64,000 nucleotides of DNA from Eledone cirrhosa (lineage: Eukaryota): contig OZ024740.1 in the NCBI GenBank assembly GCA_964016885.1, positions 169,694,001 through 169,758,000 on the forward strand, read 5' to 3'. Made by a program: the position numbers and the translations under genes. This document shows, piece after piece, positions 59,701 to 64,000 of the stretch (within the stretch, counting starts at the first letter, position 1; each line of letters opens with the position of its first letter). The notes beneath the pieces are model-generated. The model saw nothing but the letters and a program-made list of their open reading frames with translations. It was not told the DNA's origin and ran no database searches.

Positions 59701-61068
59701 GTATATCGAGTAGACAAATTAACACGGCACTACCGTTTAAGTTGGCAACATAAACTACACGTATTTACTAACTAGATTTCGGTAAACAGAAAAGACAGTT
59801 TAAATTATCAGAGTCTATATTAAACAATTGGCTGATTGGGTTTGAAATCAGTTTTTTCAATATATTCGCAACATTTAGGTCCCGGTGGTGTGATAGCAAA
59901 TATGAAATAGAAGGAGGCAAACAACAAAATTTGAGAAAACAAAGAGAAAATATTGTTTCTGTATATGCCTGGAAAAATAACAATTACAACAAAGGTTATT
60001 ATAGTCGTCACTCAATCGATTATGACCTGATAGTATATACAATTCTTTCGTTAAAGATTTTAGGGTGCCCATGCAGTCACGTACAGACACGCACAATTTC
60101 AGGGCCTTCCCCCCTTACATTCAGCAGAATTTACATGATGAGACAGCTAAAAGAAGAGAATGATGCACTAGCACTAGCTTAACGCTTCCTTTATCAACGC
60201 CGAAATAATGGATGACAAGGATTTGAACTCAGACGGAACAAATATCCAACGCTTTAATCAGCCAAAATCTCGGCCAAAATCAAACGTCCTAACAGTTACA
60301 ACAGATGCAGTCAAAACACCATCATTATCCTCCTCCTTATCCTTCTCTTCTTCCTTACCATCGTCACCACCATCACCCACATCATCAGCATGAACATCCT
60401 CACAATGATCTTCATCACATCTATTTTCAATAGCAATATCATTATTATTATCATCAAAGATAATCTAACATACAATATCATATCCCCCATTTCTCTAAAT
60501 TGTTTTATGATCTCCACTGACTAAAAGAACACTAAACGTTAAACTGCAATAAAAAGGGAAGAAACAAAGAAACGTTTATATCCATCGTTTATATGTGACA
60601 CCTTAATGACTACCTTGTGGCCCATATGTCTGGAGTTGCAAAACAGCTGTAACGTTGCCGCTTAATGACAGAATAAAGAGATGTTTTCTAAGCAGTCAAT
60701 CTAAAAAGTCAGTTCACTAATGGATGCTGAACAAGAAAGGATTTATGGCAAATATAAAACCTTTGCTAAAGTGAAAACTGAACCAACAGTTTGCCATTTT
60801 GATGAAATATAAATCGAACAGATATTTTTCAAAAATGGCTGAACAAATACACACGTGCTTTTTCTCAAAATAATTTCCTTCCGTTCCTTACTCTTCTCCC
60901 GCTTTATCGCTATATTCTTTTTAGATTTCTCATTCTAACGTTTGACAAAGGACTAGTGTCCGAAACGCAACATCACTTTTCCTACTATAACAAACATTAA
61001 ACTAAATTTCTTCATTACACTTTGTTGTTTATTTCGTTGTTTTCGTTTACTTTATGCGCTCGCACACA

Positions 61069-61100
<32 letters not shown>

Positions 61101-61210
61101 TATTCCAAAGTATCGTCTTCCTGTTTTCCTTCGGTTGCAACGTTTTTCGAAATATTTACTTCTGCGTTCACAGATTGATTCTTTTTAGTTTCAGAAGATC
61201 CCGTTACGGG

Positions 61211-61268
61211 TATGTTAATATGAAAAGGAAAAAGATGTAGCAAACATTTTGAATGGAATTCGTGACCG

Positions 61269-61332
<64 letters not shown>

Positions 61333-61390
61333 CGATCACGAATTCCATTCAAAATGTTTGCTACATCTTTTTCCTTTTCATATTAACATA
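61211..61390. repeat. Inverted repeat with about 62-bp arms around a (TA)n spacer
   Basis: tatgttaatatgaaaagg...cgtgaccgttt (TA)n aaacgatcacg...ccttttcatattaacata, with one mismatch between arms. Confidence 0.9.
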
Positions 61391-62779
61391 CAGATAAAGT
61401 TGTGGCAGAAGTGGCGGAGTGTTGATATTTGGTATGGTTCTTTACATTCTGAATTCAAACACTACCAAGGTGATTTTTGCCTTTTATCATTCTTTGGTCG
61501 ATAAGATAACGTACGAGTAATTATTGGATTGATTTAAGCAACTTTGCACTCCCCCCACATTTGCTGGATCTGTGGCCAAATTATGATTCAATATTAACTT
61601 CATATACAGAACAAGGAATTGGTAGAATCAGTATGCTAATGGTATAAATGACTTGTATTAATTTCTTATGTTCTACTACGATTTGTGTTGAAATTGCACC
61701 GAGGAAATTTTACCTTCCATCCTTATCTCTATCAAGTAAGTCTCAGTCAATTAATAGTTTTCGAATTAATTGTCTACACACCAGACCTGTCAAATCATCC
61801 CATCCGACGGGGAGTTCTCCCATTCACTTTGGGGTGGGTGAGAGATGTTTTCTCTTGTGAAAATAGGTATAACTTTCATTATGTAAAATCTCTCCATTTT
61901 GCCTCATTTCTCTCCGTTTTGGTGCACCTTTTTTTTCATGGTTCTCCCTGTTTGAGTTTTTAGACGTTGGCAGGTCCGATACACGCTTCCTTCAGCAATG
62001 AATGGTAAAATCTGTAGAGCACCGGAGAAAATGAGTTGCAGTATTGAATTAAACCCCTTTTCGATTATTATGCAAGTGATTTCATCGAATACAAACTTCA
62101 TCTCAATATATTGTCGGTGTTGTGCAAAGTTATAAATTATTAACTAATTAATTCTAAAACTAAAAAGCCAAAATTACTTATTGGATCATGAAGCCGAAAA
62201 CTCAATTTTTCTATGTAATAAATAGGTCTGGCTATACTAATTGTATGCTACATCAATAGTACGCTACATCAATATATAGTGTTTTTACATATAGCAGTGT
62301 GGTGATGAAGCTCACTTCTCAATAAAGTGGTTCTACTTTCGGGCCTACAGCGCATGATTTTCAGCATAGTTTGTTTTTACCATAGCCTCGGATCAAGCGA
62401 ATCACTTTTTAGTAAATCTTTGGATAAATCTGAACCCGTTGTCTGGCAATATATATAATTCGAAGCAAGTTTAATCCTGGGACTTGGACAACGAGGGCTG
62501 TTATTGAGATCCACTCTATTACAAATATTCCATTAGAGCTGGGTATTTTTAGGATATCGAATTTTCCTTGCCCCCTTAGGCTTGGAGTTTAAAAAGAAAA
62601 AAAATCGAGTATAAATTTATCATCTTTCACATGACTAATTCATAAAAAGAATGTCGTTTTCAACTTTCATATAGAAATGGATTTTGTTTACGACTGTGAG
62701 TAGATGAAGGGATTAAAAAATGTCATCGTCTTTTTTTATATCCTTTTCCGAAATCTATATATCTATCTATATTTCTCCC

Positions 62780-62845
<66 letters not shown>

Positions 62846-64000
62846 CACACACATATATATGCATTTTTTAAGGCTATGTTTATGGGGGTCGACTATTACA
62901 TAGATACTTCTTTTGAGGGGCTTGACATTCAAGCTGGAATCCATTCCAAAGTACCGTATCAGCAGCAGAAGCCCAACTGATCACTAAACGAATAAAAACA
63001 AAAACAATTAATTACAGTAATATTACTGATTCTCTACATCAAATCACACGTCCTAAAACATAACAACATCCATAAACAAGGTTGTAAACAGTCGATGAGA
63101 TAGGCGATAACACGTGTTTATTGTGTTTTGAAATAAGGAAAATGCAAACGTTGCATGCTTGCAGCATATATTGTGCATACATTTTAGTAATAGTGATGTA
63201 GCACCCATCAACAGCTGTGTAGTGCTCGCTAGTATGAGGTGTTTTACTATAAGCAACGAACATACCGGTATAAGCACCAAGCATTCCAGCTATAAGCCAG
63301 GCTACACTAAGGTAGGTACACGTTTAGCTAAAATGTTAGTTTCACACGTACATATACAATAATATAAATCTGCCTTAAATTCATGACGATTTTGTAACAG
63401 TATTATTTCGACGGACATAATAATACCTTGATCCACAAATGTTCACCTGTTATCCGTGAAGTATTAGGGTCGACGTCTATATGAAGTCTATGGATAATTC
63501 CATATATTTTGGACAAAAGGAGGGGTTGACTTTTACATGAGAACGACTATTACTCGTGTATAAACTGTATATACGTACGTAAACACACATGCGCGCACAC
63601 GTGCACTCATACGCCCCCCCCCACCCCACACACACAAACACACATAAATATAGTATGAATCATACACTAAACTTTTATCAGGCCACCCCAGGTTACAAAG
63701 CAAATGTGTGGAAGAGTGTAAGAGTAAGTCTCAGAATGCATATGCAAGGTGATGGCCTGTATCCTTTGGTCGGGTGACGAATAGGCCTCGTTTTAAGATA
63801 AGTTTCATGTATTTTATTTGAAAAGATTAAGCAACTGGACAATTAAATACAATTCATCCAAATTTATTCTGTACTTTAGGGATATATAGGACTGCAAAAT
63901 CCATTTTATGATGGTGTATTAATATTTAACATAGATTTAACTGCTATTTCTAGCAAGTAAAATAATCCTCTACAGGCTTACTACTATATATTATTGTCTG

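Noticed and set aside
60938-60972. TTGACAA a ggac tagt gtcc GAAA cg, hammerhead-like
   Set aside because: The core is mutated at two positions and the cleavage site and stem I are lost; at most a dead relic.
61904-62101. Minus-strand ORF containing SGALQILPF, reminiscent of Dscam Ig1
   Set aside because: There is no Y-x-C strand, Ig tryptophan or fitting donor site. The following SVYRTCQRLKTQTGR looks more like a decayed Tc1 N-terminus or chance.

Overview
This is an AT-rich, microsatellite-laden animal genomic window. The repeat content, including MetaSINE-like tRNA SINEs and vast (TA)n tracts, suggests an octopod cephalopod (inference). The only host coding sequence I can support is six minus-strand, all phase-1 exons (53745 down to 26948; 1272 nt, 424 codons). 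They encode Ig2 through the first half of Ig6 of a Dscam-family cell-adhesion receptor, with no arthropod-style alternative exon arrays visible. The introns hold a near full-length decayed R4/Dong-type RLE retrotransposon, CRE and RTE LINE tails, a Tc1/mariner relic, a Helentron-like element, SINEs and several 5'-truncated Penelope-like elements (PLEs, GIY-YIG) inserted in (TA)n. The most striking feature is a dense set of type I hammerhead ribozymes: about 22 recognisable copies of roughly 8 different sequence variants. The largest is a near-perfect 310-bp non-coding tandem array (8 copies in one orientation, then 3 inverted, 6693-10122) with one hammerhead per unit, i.e. a retrozyme/PLE-pLTR-like self-cleaving RNA system. 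Many of these ribozymes lie on the Dscam sense strand and inside long fold-back palindromes. All structural calls were made by eye; none were computed or searched.
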